The position numbers were made by a program, and so were the translations under genes. Below the pieces are notes generated by a model that saw only the letters and a list, made by a program, of their open reading frames with translations, had not been told where the DNA came from and did no database searches. A stretch of 64,000 nucleotides of DNA. Origin: Tubiluchus corallicola (lineage: Eukaryota; Animalia; Priapulida). Where the stretch lies: NCBI GenBank assembly GCA_030141605.1, contig JAQGDQ010000536.1, positions 57,961-121,960 of the forward strand, read 5' to 3'. Each line of letters opens with the position of its first letter. The stretch's first letter is position 1. Shown one piece after another: positions 38,020 to 51,711 of the stretch.

Positions 38020-38345
38020 ATCATTAATTAATTATGACTGTGAATGTCAGAATTTTTTATAAACCATTATGAGTTGAAGAAAAGAGACACTGAAAATTTA
38101 CGGACTAGTCGGGATTTGAACCCGAGACCTGAGATTAGTACTTCCACGGTCTACACCTAAGCTACCAGCCCGGCATGTCAGAGCAGGCCTAAGATTTCCT
38201 CCTTGTAGCACACAATCCAACAGCGCCACCTGTACCCATAACACTAGGTGATGCTTATGATATCAATACTTTGCCAAATTAGCTGGCAACTAACAATATC
38301 TTTAATTAACTATGACTGTGACTATCAGAATTTTTATAAACCACT
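38020..38345 (-). mobile_element. tRNA-derived repeat (family 2) flanked by about 50-bp direct repeats
   Basis: Minus strand gggctggtagcttaggtgtagacc...ctcgggttcaaatcccgactagtcc has A-box and B-box features. 38020-38068 resembles 38296-38344. Homologous to 59005-59215. Confidence 0.6.
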
Positions 38346-38484
38346 GCAGTTTGTTTTACAAAAATTTCCTTTGTAATCGCCCAATTTACTAACTACGACT
38401 CAAATGAGATATGCGTGTCAAATTTTGCTACAATACGAACACTTCTTTGAAGTTGTAAGCTGTAAGGCGATGGTACTTTTTCAA

Positions 38485-39056
38485 TTAAAGCACAAGAAAA
38501 AGCTTCGCTTACATAAAGATAAAAAATTCGTCTTGGAATTTTATATCGCATTCGGACTGCCTTTTTGCATGCTGGACTTCAATCGGCAGTAACGCCGCAT
38601 AAAACATGTAAATTTAAACTCCCGTGATAACCGTTAGACGTGACCACTTTGACGACTGGTCATTTAAAACAAGTTTAGAGAACATTGTGTAAAGTATGGA
38701 AAAATAATCAGCGCATTCATAGCGCACACGTCACATTTTAAATAATTAAGAATTTTCTTTTCTAGTTACATAAGTCTTTGCAGCAGATAAGCAAAATGGT
38801 AAGTAATAGAGATTTGCATGGAAAATTTTTTTGGTACATAATTTAACATTGCCTTTTCTTCCTCTGATTTACGTTGTGCGTATGTGACGCCATGTAACAG
38901 CGAGGCCGGAACAATGTCGCGGGAAATTTAAAATGAAAACGAAAAAATTCCTTTCAACGCGAATACGATAAACGCATAAAATTGCTGTAAAGTAGTGTAA
39001 TTTTTAAGGCGATTTTTCTGAAACCTACTTCAGGTACCCCTGTTCTTGTCCTTTAA
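38485..39056 (+). mobile_element. Kolobok-type (TTAA) MITE family A, complete copy
   Basis: ttaa|agcacaagaa ... ttcttgtcct|ttaa: TTAA duplication with AG...CT termini and imperfect TIRs. Confidence 0.75.
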
Positions 39057-39806
39057 ATAAAGCTCGTGATCTTGCCACTAATTTTATGAAACCATGGCAG
39101 GACAGAGCTGCCGCCATGTCATTTATCTATGTGCATAAATATCAATTTGAAACTAGCAAACGTTATTAGGATAGATAAAAATAAATTGGCCATTTGCGCC
39201 ATAATTTTACATTAGATGTCTTTTGCTTATTCACCAGTTTTCTCGACGTTAATTTTCCTCCAGAGAATTTGTGAATAACGATGTTTACAGAAGCATCTAC
39301 ATGGAAATATTTCTGAAACTCGTACACAAATAATTTCTCATATTTTTATAATGCTGTTTTTTAATTCAGAGGACCCATGCATACGTCGTTCATCAATTTA
39401 CTTAATTATTTATTTACGATTTGGTGTTTATATATCGAAAAATGCGTATTAAATACCGTACATATTCACGATGTACTTTATCGATTCATAAAATATGCAA
39501 TATGAAAAAATTCCTTGAAATAAGATTAAAAATAAATTCAAAGGCGAAAGAAATTTATAATTTAAAAACTTTCCATCTCATATAATAGTTTTTTTAGTTT
39601 TTACTAAAATCTTACAAAAAGAAATTTTTTCATATCTTTATCCTTGATCTGTATTCAGCATTATTAACGCAAATGAACATTTTAACTGTTTCCTTTTTTA
39701 AAAATTTTAGTTAGACTCATTTCGCAAAAAATAGTAAAAACATCAAGAACATTTACGTAAAAATAATATGGAAGAAAAAATAATATAAAAGAAAAAATTA
39801 TCTTAC

Positions 39807-39927
39807 CAAGCTTCTTTAACGGAAACCTTATTTGGAAATAGTCTTCGAAGTAAGTGAGAGTTTGCGTTCCAACTTGGAGGGCGTAGTTTGTCTGTTCAAT
39901 AGATTCCGGCTTTGACCACACTCTCAC
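39807..39927 (-). CDS. M1 aminopeptidase exon
   Basis: taaaag|...CTTG|gtaaga, 121 nt. Encodes VRVWSKPESIEQTNYALQVGTQTLTYFEDYFQIRFPLKKL and ends in phase 1, fitting both A and B. Confidence 0.95.
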
Positions 39928-40074
39928 CTTTTACAAATGAACAGTAACATATTCAAAATCTAAGAGAACAAAACAGAATACGCTTTCCTGCTGTATTATA
40001 TATAAAATAAGCAGAATTATGTTCTAATTTAAAACTTACACAACAACTAAAAATAGAAAACTTGCAGTTAATTA

Positions 40075-40155
<81 letters not shown>

Positions 40156-40374
40156 AATGATGATGATGATGATGATGATGATGACGTTGATGATAATGAT
40201 TAATCGTTAATATTATGCAAAAAGTACAATGAGCCTATTTGCACGAAGAATTGATTTACACGACAATTTAAATTTTAAGCAAAATATACAGCAAATACAG
40301 GGCTAACAGAAGTTAGAAGTAGTTCGACGAGAAAAATTATGCCCATGTCCCATATAAAAGTTTGCAATTCTTTC

Positions 40375-40820
40375 TAATATTTGAATAATTAGCTTGGAAA
40401 GTTAGTTAACGGCAACCGAACAAGCCATCGCTTACGTCACAAACTAAGCACCGTTTGTGCAATGGTAGGCATCTTCACCGTGCGTCAATTGCGTAACCGC
40501 AGATTGCTACAAAACTCTTGTTTGTTGTCACAAAAATGAGCTCTACGTCACACTGACGTCACAGACAAACACTGCAGTTCATGATCGTGCTTATCATGGT
40601 ACCGCACCTCTTTGTCGGCCACACGAATGTGACGAAAAGGCGCCATTGCCAGTCATAGTGGATTCGGTGAGCCGCGCGTAGCTTCGAAAGTTTAACAAAA
40701 TTTAACTGTCCGAGGTAATTATCTAAGCTTTGATTTAAAAAAAGCTCTTGTAGTTTTCGATATTTTAGAGCATACTTTATTTTGAACTGATGTTTACACA
40801 ATCGTCCGGTTTTCCTTTAA
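40375..40820 (+). mobile_element. Kolobok-type MITE family B, partial copy
   Basis: Ends tcgtccggttttcct|ttaa. Internal sequence is shared with 45820-46267. Confidence 0.7.
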
Positions 40821-41211
40821 GTATTAAAAACTTTATATTTATGTTTGTTTGTTTTTTGTTTATAAGTTTTGACAGAAAATCAGACATAAATGCGGCATTT
40901 GGAGTCACTATAAATCTTTGAAAAGTAAAGTAGCCATTTCTCTACGGTGTTATGATCTATAAAAACTCGGTTAACACGTGTTGGAAATTCCACAAGCTTG
41001 TTTTACTGAGACACAGGAAGAGAAAGATGACTGCAATGGATGCTGTACATAAGCCAAATGTTTCTCTTTAGACCCCAACTGTTACTCAGGAGGTTTACTC
41101 AACTGTTGTGAGTTTTCACGGGGCGTATTTTCTTTTGCAACGTTGCTTTTTACTATCACGAATGTTTGGAAGACATAATTTAGAAACTTATTAAGAGCAA
41201 ACAAAAACGCA

Positions 41212-41868
41212 CTTGACAAAAGCAAAATGAGCTTGACACAAGTCTAATGAGCTTGACAAAAGTCAAATGAGCTTGACACAAGTCTAATGAGCTTGACAAA
41301 AGTCAAATGAGCTTGACAAACGTCAAATGAGCTTGACAAAAGTCAAATGAGCTTGACAAAAGTAAAACGAGCCTGACAAAAGTCAAATGACCTTGTCAAA
41401 AGTAAAACGAGCTTGACAAAAGTCAAATGAGCATGACAAAAGTAAAACGAGCTTGACAAAAGTCAAATGAGCTTGACAAAATTAAAACAAGCTTGACAAA
41501 AGTAAAATGAGCTCGACACAAGTCAAATTATCTTGATAAAAGTCAAATGAGCTTGATAAAAGTCAAATGAGCTTGACGAAAGTCAAACGAGCTTGACAAA
41601 AGTAAAACGAGCTTGACAAAACTCAAATGACCTTGTCAAAAGTAAAACGAGCTTGACAAAAGTCAAAAGAGCCTAACAAAAGTAAAACGAGCTTGACAAA
41701 AGTCAAATGAGCTTGTCAAAAGTAAAACGAGCTTGACAAAAGTCAAATGAGCTTGACAAAAGTAAGACGAGCTTGACAAAAGTCAAATGAGCTTGACAAA
41801 AGTAAAACGAGCTTGACAAAAGTCAAATGAGCTTGACTAAAGTAAAACGAGCTTGACAAATGTCAAAC
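41212..41868. repeat. 20-bp minisatellite GAGCTTGACAAAAGTCAAAT, about 32 copies
   Basis: Seen directly. Many units contain the inverted repeat TTGAC-AAAA-GTCAA. Confidence 0.95.
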
Positions 41869-42385
41869 GAACTTTAACAATTAGCTCAGACTTGTTGATT
41901 TTTGTTTCGACATGTATAACAGGATTCCCTGTAGTGAGTTCGACTTTCTGCACAATTGGAAAACAATTGTTTGGGCTAAATTGTTTAAAATGTTCACTAA
42001 AAGTAAGCATATTAGTCGAATGAGCAAACAAAAGAATGATTGAATGAATGAATGAGTAAATGAATGACCGAATGAATAAATGAATAAAGAAACGAATGCG
42101 TGTGTGCAAAAATGTATGTATAAATGAAAAAATAAATGAACGAACGAACGAATGAACGAATCACTGAACGAACAAACGAACGAAAGAAGTAATGAATGAA
42201 TGAATAAATGAATGAATGAATGAATGAATGAATGAATGAATGAATGAATGAATGAATGAATGAATGAATGAATGAATGAATTGTGAAAAGTAATCAATAC
42301 AAAGCAAAAAATAATGAAAAGTAATCATTGAATGCAAGACATTGTTCAACAAGTTGTAAAAATCATATAAACAAGTACGACATAC

Positions 42386-42503
42386 CTTAATTCCACTCTT
42401 GGATACAGATTCTTTACTGGAAAAATTACAAACTATGAAAGCTAGCAGATACGTTGACATTTTTAAGGTTTTTTCGTATTTGTCTGCCACCCAGCCATCT
42501 GGC
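42386..42503 (-). CDS. M1 aminopeptidase exon
   Basis: ctacag|...AAG|gtatgt, 118 nt. Encodes (R)PDGWVADKYEKTLKMSTYLLAFIVCNFSSKESVSKSGIK (MSTYLLAF motif). Confidence 0.95.
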
Positions 42504-42654
42504 CTGTAGAAAATAATTCAAGTGAAGCCAATTCGAATGATATTAAGCCTAATACATGGAACTCAAACAAAGTCCAACTAAACTGATTGTATATAAATAG
42601 ATAAATAGTTAAATGTATACAAGACTGGAATTCTTTCCCTGTTAATACACGAGC

Positions 42655-43005
42655 AGGTTAAATATTGTCATAGGTTAAGTCAGAGGTTAAATATTGTCAT
42701 AGGTTAAGTCAGAGGTTAAATATTGTCATAGGTTAAGTCAGAGGTTAAATATTGTCATAGGTTAAGTCAGAAGTTAAATATTGTCATAGGTTAAGTCAGA
42801 GGTCAAGTCAGAGGTTAAATATTGTCAGAGGTTAAGTCAGAGGTCAAGTCAGAGGTTAAATATTGTCAGAGGTTAAGTCAGAGGTCAAGTCAGAGGTTAA
42901 ATATTGTCAGAGGTTAAGTCAGAGGTCAAGTCAGAGGTTAAATATTGTCAGCGGTCAAGTCAGAGGTCAAGTCAGAGGTCAAGTCAGAGGTTAAATATTG
43001 TCATA
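42655..43005. repeat. Minisatellite of about 29/40-bp units (ggttaaatattgtca..ggttaagtcaga)
   Basis: Seen directly, with an 11-bp subunit ggtcaagtcag expanding. Confidence 0.9.
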
Positions 43006-44099
43006 GTATAGTGTCATAGTACTTGACAACAAATTTATGTTGTACTTGCTTTGGATCATTGAATTTATTTTGGATATTTTCCATATTTATAGATTAACTT
43101 AGCAATACAACTACAATTGAAGTTCACTGCAAAAACATTGAACTGATCATGCTTTTCTGCAAATACTTGAAGTTTAAGGACAGAACCAGAGCTCCCGTGA
43201 TGTTGCAGAAGGCTGAACACTCATCATGTCAGCACTGGCCTCGAAACCATGAATAAACAAAAATTGTAGACATCGTTATTGCTACACGGTAAAAAAATTT
43301 TGAGATACAAAATCAAAAAGTTTAATTTACGCAGTCAGAACATTTTACATCAACGTTGTTGTTATGTGATGTTTACTGCATTGTTTACATGAAGTATGGC
43401 ATCATCACTCTCACTTTGGCTGTAGTTCCGAGACAGCAAGCAGTTGCAGAACAGCGTGATCAGACACATTTACTTGTAGTAATCAAAAACATCACCAATA
43501 TTCTTAGCTTGTCTGCTTAACTAAAAGACTAATTAAGAGGACTTAATTAAGAGACTAACTAAAAGATGTAGTATTTAGTGAACCAGGGCCGGTTTATCCT
43601 ATATGCTGTTATAGGCTGCAGCCTAGGACCCCTCAAGCTTTTGGGGCCCTCAAGCTTTAGGAACATTTGGTAAAAAGTCTGTTTTTTCACCACGGTTGTG
43701 TTGAAATGCGTGCTATTCTGGTTTGCCATAAACAGTAAGACGGCGGTATTTCTTAAAGAACATTTTCACTGACAAACAAAAGATAGCTGTTGTAGTTTAT
43801 TTAAAGAATTTGCAATAAGTTTACTTTAAGCCATGTAAACGTGGCTAAAATGTTATCACGAGTAAAAAAGTTTCAAGATCCGCGTTCGCGAATTAGAATG
43901 TGGCTCTGTCTAATGGAGGGAGGCATAATTTCACTAGTCTAGGGACCCAAAAGGTCATAATTCGGCGAGAGTAGATCTTAGGTACTTTTGCGACCTGATG
44001 GTATAACCATCCACTCAAAGTAATTTTACAGGCGTTTTCATGAGGCTTGAATATAGCAGCTTTTCAAACCGGTCTCGCAGGTCACGTCTTAACCCTTTT

Positions 44100-44704
44100 A
44101 CGTAAAGCTTAAAAAATTCTCTTTTCGTATGCATGGCTTGCAATGGCCGTAACGCTGTATAAAACGTGTAAATTTAAACTCCCGCGATAACCGTTAGGCG
44201 CAGCCATGGTAGGTCGTTTGAAACAAGTTTTGATATCATTAAGTAAAGTTTGAAAAAATAATCAGAGCATTCGTAGCATACATGTTGCTAACTAAGTAAA
44301 ATTTTAAATTACTGTATTTTGTCAATAAGGTTAAAAATACGTTTTTGGTTAGTGAGTGGCGCACCCTGGAGGGTGAGTCAGCAACATTTTACCAATTGGC
44401 ACAAACATCTTAAAATTATTATTTCTAGTTACACAAGTCTTTACAGCAGGTAAGCGAAATGCTAAGTAAGCATGGAAAGTTCTTTGGGACATAATTTAAC
44501 ATTCCCTTTTCTTCCCCTGATTTACGTTTGCGTAGTGACGTCATGTGATGGTGCCGACAGAACAGTATTGCGGGAGATTTAAAATGAAAACAAATTAAAA
44601 TAACGCCAGTACGATATGTGCATAAAATTGCTGTAAAGTAGTGTAATTTTTAAGGTGATTTTTCTGAAACCTACTCTCAGGCACCCCCTTTTCTTGTCCT
44701 TTAA
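44100..44704 (+). mobile_element. Kolobok-type MITE family A copy
   Basis: Ends ttcttgtcct|ttaa. Body matches the 9180 and 38485 copies. Confidence 0.7.
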
Positions 44705-44739
44705 ATCGTAATCTATGAAGGCTTACAAATCTTATTTAC

Positions 44740-44895
44740 CTTCGTATTTTGGTCTCAATTTCTGTATTAGACAGAGACAACATGTCATGTCGTCTCACAA
44801 GAGTCACAGTGAACGTGGCTTTGAACTTTGGCTCGTCAAAACATGGAAATGCTTTCCGTGCATCTGTCGGCTGGAATTGCGTGGTTGCCAAATAT
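44740..44895 (-). CDS. M1 aminopeptidase exon (most 5' exon recognised)
   Basis: cttacag|...AG|gtaaat, 156 nt. Encodes [51 protein letters not shown] ([18 protein letters not shown] motif). Confidence 0.96.
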
Positions 44896-45722
44896 CTGTA
44901 AGAAAACATAATACAGATGTCAGTTTCCGAAATGAAAGTGTTCGACTGAAAACAACAGCTGAGCATTTTGAAATACTGAGATGTCAAGTTAACGTCCTCG
45001 GGCTGTAGAATTATAAATAATAATGTAAAATTTTTGAAATTTAAGACGTGACACATGTAAACCGTTTGAGGATGAGGACATTTGGGCTGCATAGATTAAA
45101 AACAGGATGATTTTTCACGTCCGATTTTGAAAAACTGTAAAACGTATCCATTTAAGACCTGTAACTAGAGTTGTGGTAGTTAAATAATAGACAAAGCGCT
45201 TCTGGTAGTTAAACAATAGATTAAAAACTTAAAGCATAACTGGACCAGGCGAGCATAACTAGTGATGCCCTCACAACTGAACATATTTTGCAGCAGCACA
45301 AACATTCCGTGAGCGTGTTGCACGTGTTTGCGCAAGCGAAAATTGAAGTAGCACAACATTCAGTGTGACATACAAAAATTCGGCAAATGTTAAGTTCAGA
45401 GTTAAATATCAAGTTTACTGCTGTGCTCACACATGAGCTCTCGAATGTGTGCACAACGTCACAAGTGAACACCTTTGAAATGAGAGGTACAGTACCTGTT
45501 TTGTGCAACGTGTTTCCGAGATGCAGGGCTAAGGCCCGTCTAACTAGCAAGTGGTAAAATGCATGTAACAGCGAAGAAGTAGTGGCGCGATAGTGAAATT
45601 GCGTTTATATGGTAATATTTCATTCTCATGACCCATTCTTGAAAAGATATTAGGTTCCCTTTCAATATGTTATAGGTTAGAGGTTAGACTGTTTCGTGAT
45701 ATAACTTAAGATGGGGTTTCCT

Positions 45723-46267
45723 TTAAAGGAAGACCGGACGATTGTTTAGACTCAATCTCATTTCAATTTACTGTCCAAAATATACATTTTCTTGCCTATG
45801 AAAGTTAACAATTATTCTATATTTGAATAATTGGCTTAGAAATTTAATTAACGGCACAGCTATTGCTTACGTCAGAAACTAACCTCAGCTTGTGCAATGG
45901 CAGGCGTCTTCTCTTGCGCGTCAAGCGCATTCGCGTAAGTGTTACAGTACTGCTTAAACGCATGATGTCACGTAAAATGGGCTTCACATCATATGACGTC
46001 AGAAACTAACGTCATTTCATGATCATTCTTATCACGATACTGCCTTCTATTTGTCAGCCACGTAAATGTGACAAAAAAGCGCCGCTGCCAATCTTAGTAG
46101 ATTTACTGAGCCGCGCGTAGCTTTGAAAGTTTAACGAAATTTGTGTATCCGAGGTAATTATTATTTAATCTAAGCTTTGATTTACAAAAAGCTATTGTAG
46201 TTTTAAATGTTTTAGAGCATTTTTTATTCTGAACTCCTGTTTACACATTTATCTGGTTTTCCTTTAA
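45723..46267 (+). mobile_element. Kolobok-type MITE family B, complete copy
   Basis: ttaa|aggaagaccggacg ... tatctggttttcct|ttaa. The left end also occurs inverted at about 53575-53665. Confidence 0.75.
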
Positions 46268-46985
46268 ACTATAAAATACAAAGTTGAGGAAATTATAGTG
46301 AAAAATAATCGACACGTCCACATTCCTCTTTTTTCACAAACTGGATATTCATTACTAATGTGTAAAATATACAAAAATACAGTAAACGGAAGAGGTAACT
46401 ATTAGCATAGAATAAACTGACGGAAACAAGAGAGAGAGAGAGTCACTGATTTGTTTAGCAACTGTCGTTAGTTCATTGCTGCTTATAAGTTCAGTGTTCA
46501 GTGTTCAGTAACTTCTGAGTTTCTGTTTATAAAGTGTGAAAAGAAGCCACAGGCGCGTTGACTAAACTTTCAAGATAAACAACTTTCTCGCAGGGTTTTT
46601 GTAGCATCTGGACGACTTGGCTTCATTGATGCAGTTTGCTTCACCTGGTTCAATATGTCCTAATCCAAGCAATCCAAACGAGTACCAGTCTATGATACCG
46701 GTCTCTGGTATCGTCACAGAAGACAAATTAATCAAAATGGAACAAAATGCTAGGTCGACGGTTAACCCTCCCCCTCCCCCCCCATCATTGTTACGACAAC
46801 TCTCAACTCAGAACACATAAAATTGAAACAAACTGCAATGTTGAAATCGAAATCTCAAAATTTTGAAACCTCCTGCTAGAAGGGACACGTTAAGCGTTAA
46901 TCTTACATTCATAAGATAAGATAAACATATTTATTTTACAATGCGTAGAAACCGTAATATATATGTATGTCTGTATGTATGTATG

Positions 46986-47017
<32 letters not shown>

Positions 47018-47379
47018 TATATACATACAAAAAACGTATCCATTTAAGGCCTGTAACAAGGGTTCTGGTAGTTAAATAATAGATTAAAAACTTAAAGCAC
47101 AAAACTTAAAACTCAAATATATTTATTACTTCTTGAAGTAACAAGTATAAAATCGTCGCTCAAATCTAGTCTACGTAATTAGAAGTTCTGTCTTTCTTTT
47201 TTTTGTCATTGTAATGTAGTGCATTGTTCATGTAATCGTGTGAATTGTAAATCGTCCATAAATAAATTCAATTTGTAAATTTGTAATCAATAGTTCAAGT
47301 TACATAAATTATTGTTTAATAATTGCTCAGGCGACAAGATGGCTAAACAATGTGATTTAATTTGTATTTAAAGTGAGAT

Positions 47380-47523
<144 letters not shown>

Positions 47524-49296
47524 GAGTTTATTTCGCATAAAAACAATAAAAATATACAGTTTACAAAGATAAAGATGTTAGTAAAACAGGTAATGCGATA
47601 TTAATAAAGTAACATATCTACAGACATTCAACTTTATAATAACCACACATTGTAGTACCCTTGTAATTATATTGCAGTATACAGTATTGTAAGGAGCTAT
47701 AATAGATATCTTAAAACATAATCTTTAAATGAGTTCTTAACCTTTAATTTTACATTTTCGTTTAGATCTACAGTACAACCATATTTACATCTTAAATTTA
47801 CTGGACTGTTATTTACATAGTAGCATAGCTTCGGAATTCTCAATGTGCAAGAGTTTACAATTTTTCTCACAAGTTTAATTTTCGACTATCTATTAAATAA
47901 TTCGCAGGCATTGTGCCACAAAAATACATTAACAATTTGACGCTTTGTCTAAAATCGAATATTTTTCTATAAGCAGTGTTCCATTTTACCCTAACGGCAT
48001 TAACTTCATTGTTTGATATACCCGTATAACAAAATGGGTAGACAATATGTATTGATCAGAGTTTTAGCTACTATGTCATTACGGTTATGACCCATACACA
48101 TATATATATATATATATGAATTTATGTATGTATGTATGTACTATATATACTAATATATAGTTCTGTAATATTGAACTGCAGACGTCACCTCGCCCACAAG
48201 GGTTAAAACCACCCAGGTTGGTTCGGTACCAACACATGAGGAGAGGCTAAGCAGTCTATAACTCTTCTGACGTCCATCTACGAAACAACACAATTTTGTG
48301 TGAGAAAAACGATACATTTAATAGCAAATTACATGAAGTAGATTCAAAAATAATGATGAAATAGAGTTTACACCGTCGCGGATTAATCTAACTGGACCAG
48401 TGAATGTAAGATAACATTTAACGTGTCCCTGTAACAGGGGCGTAGGTTTCAAAATTTTGTGGTTTCATTTTCCACATTGCAGTCGACTGTTCCCAAACTG
48501 ATGTAATCACTAATCTGGTAAACATTCGGAGTTTTTTTTTTCAGTCTGGCACATCCAGGCAGAGTGCAAAGCTCTCGCTAGTGCGCTTATACATGCTGTG
48601 CATGAAGACTCGCGGCTGAGTTAATAATATTGGCTCAATAGTCACACAGCTGCACGTGGCAGAAATTGCAAAGCGATTTGAGTTACGCAATCTCGTAAGC
48701 AAAAGCTGTGAATGAAAGACGTTTGTCCATTAGAGCATCTTAAGAAGCAGTAAAAAGCAGAAGTACTTGCAGCTGTCATAACCTCTGCACTGACCAAGAC
48801 AATGAGTTGCGCGCCGGAGGTGCTAGGGTCATCCAAGAAAAAGAGTTTCCTTAAATTAGCTTCATCTCGGTAGAGGCATTTGTAAAAGAGACGATTTGTC
48901 ATCGTGCAGCCAGATTTTTTTATTTCTAAAGAGTTATAAATCCCCCCCCAAGACTCCGCCAAGCGCCACTCGACGTTTTTCTATTTCACAGAATCTACAG
49001 GGTGGTCGTGCAATCAGCAAAAAACAGCCACTCTTAAGGTTTTAGGGGAAGGAACAACTTGCAGAAAAAACGACGTAGCAGCATTAATGTGGATGTTTTT
49101 CACAAGCATCTCTGCCGAGATGAAGGGCTGCGGATTAATTTCGTGGTGTGTTTCTTCTGAACTACTCTGTGTAACTAAGAATCTGTGATATATTACAGTA
49201 ATGTGGATTTAAGTAAACTTTTAGTTTTTAAAACTGTGACCGTTTCCCCCCCTAACTTTACTTCTTTTGTATAAACAATTGTCTTTACTTATTATA

Positions 49297-49538
<242 letters not shown>

Positions 49539-49605
49539 AAGTAACCATACATATATTATTAAGTAAATAAATAAATAAATATTAAAATAAAGAATCGTGA
49601 CTCAC

Positions 49606-50170
49606 TTAAAGCACAAAAAAATCCTACAATTACATCAAGCTTCAAAAATTCGCCTTGAAATTTTGTACCACTTACATACTACCTTTTTGTAAGCAGGGCT
49701 TGCGTCTGCAATAACGCTGTATATGGCGGGTAAATTTACAATCCCGCAATGACCGTTAGACACAGCCATTTTGATGATAAGTCATGTGAAACAAGTTTAG
49801 ATGACATTACTTGAAGTATTAAAAAATAATCAGAGCATTCGTAGCACACATGTCACTAACAAAGTAAAATTTTCAATTACTGTATCTCGTCAATAAGATT
49901 AAAAATACGTTTCTTTGTTGTGAGCGCAGGAGATGAGTCAACGAAACCTTACAATTTCGTGAAAACATTTTAAATAGGATTTGCGTTGTGCGTATATGAC
50001 GTCATGTAATGGCGCCGTCGCAACAGTATTGCGGGAGATTTAAAATGAAAACAAACAAAAAATCCTCTTAACGCGAGTACGATACATTCATAAATTTGCT
50101 ATAAAGTAACACAATTCTTTAAGGTGATTTTTCTGAAACCTACTTCATTTATCCCTTTTCTTGCCCTTCA
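49606..50170 (+). mobile_element. Kolobok-type MITE family A copy (diverged)
   Basis: ttaa|agcacaaaaaa ... tttcttgccctt. Body matches the other family A copies. Confidence 0.65.
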
Positions 50171-50639
50171 TTATAAAAGTGATTATACTTTTTATCTAAA
50201 ATTTATTACTACTGGATAAATTAGCTGTATACGTAAGACATCTATTAATTTTACACCTTTGTACATGTATTTCGCCAATTTTTCTTTTTTTAATATTTTA
50301 ATGAATTTAATATATAGCGGCTTCTATTGTAAATATCTATTATAGACCCTTTATTAGAACACCCCACAGTTTCCTGTATGCAGCTAAAATTTTCAACTCC
50401 TGTGATGCTATCATTAACTTTGGACTCACCTCTTATTGTACATATGTAGTAGTTTTTATTTAGAATAAAATGCATCTTATCTTATCGTATCGTATCGTAT
50501 CTCATCTCATCTCATCTCATTCCATCTTATCTTAAACCCTAAAGTTGTCAAGTCTAAAATCCTTCATTATTTGTACATTGCTGGTGACGCCTGAATAAAA
50601 TAAACAGTTGTTGTCACAGTACCCATGCGAGGCAAGTAA

Positions 50640-50830
50640 TCAATTTCCACCAATAAAGCCTTTGATCATGCAAATCTTGTAACATTAACACACTAAACTG
50701 GCTTCCCCTATCTGATTGAACAATAATGACATCTCGAAGCCCCTGTAAATCTATCAGTATATGCATACGTAAGAGGGATGACCAGCGAACGCTAAAGATG
50801 TCTACACTTTAGCTGACGGCATAGAAAGAT
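50640..50830 (-). mobile_element. Degenerate DDE integrase (rve-like) remnant
   Basis: Frameshifted minus-strand translation VDIFS...IPL and IIVQSDRGSQF, matching the first two catalytic-Asp motifs of Gypsy/Ginger-type integrases. Confidence 0.4.
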
Positions 50831-50859
50831 TGAATTTGTAGGGAGCTTGAAGTATATTA

Positions 50860-51155
50860 GACTGAAGTTAGTGTAGACTGTTGTAGACTGGTTCTCATTG
50901 GTGGTTGATACAAAGAATGTGAAATCGTGTTGAACTGTGAGAGATTGAAGTTAGTGTAGACTGTTGTAGACTGGTTCTCATTGGTGGTTGATACAAAGAA
51001 TGTGAAATCGTGTTGAACTGTGAGAGATTGAAGTTAGTGTAGACTGTTGTAGACTGGTTCACTCTGGTGGTTGATACAAAGAATGTGAAATCGTGTTGAA
51101 CTGTGAGAGACTGAAGATAGTGTAGACTGGTTCACATGAAATAGACGTTTCTCCG
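50860..51155 (+). repeat. About 83-bp tandem repeat x3, ending in a hammerhead-like motif
   Basis: Unit gaagttagtgtagactgttgtagactggttctcattggtggttgatacaaagaatgtgaaatcgtgttgaactgtgagaga. Followed by gaga-CTGAAGA-tagtgt...acat-GAAA-tagacgtt-tctc. Confidence 0.7.
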
Positions 51156-51239
51156 TGAAAACCGTCTATTTCTGCTTCCTGAGTTGCAATCAAATCCCAC
51201 ATTTCGCCCAATTGTACAACGTTCATGAAGATACTAGTT

Positions 51240-51650
51240 ACACATGCATTGAACAGTCGTCGCAGCCTTGTTTTGCAGGATATTTTTTGAGAATCATAAA
51301 TAATAGTGGCATATCAAGAAAAATCCATGGTCCTAATTACATCCTATTACTATGGTTATTATTATATGGACAATAACGGTTAAGCAGCAGAAGGAAATTG
51401 ATATTTTTCAAAGACGTCTCCGTAGGAAATTACTAGGAATTAAAGGCCTGACAGAATATCCAACGATGATCTGTATAATGTGGTCAAGAAGAATCCTTGA
51501 AGTAAACAAATACAAGTAAGAAGATTGCATTGGATTGGGCATACACTAAGAGTACTTTAAGAATCTCCTCCTCCTATAGCATTACATAAAACTCTTGAAA
51601 CGATAAAAAGCCGAGAGGAGGTCAGGTACTGATGTATAGATTTATCAAAT
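51240..51650 (+). mobile_element. RTE-like LINE ORF 3' remnant
   Basis: Broken translation WTITVKQQKEIDIFQRRLRRKLLGIK/PDRISNDDLYN...IQVRRLHWIGHTLR. Confidence 0.7.
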
Positions 51651-51711
51651 AGATTTGAGGGATGATGCACAATGGGTGGTGGCACCAACACGTGGGACGT
51701 GCCTTGCTTTT

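Noticed and set aside
38095-38175. Functional tRNA gene
   Set aside because: A-box and B-box-like sequences are present, but I could not fold convincing D and anticodon arms. It recurs as a diverged dispersed repeat, so I called it tRNA-derived.
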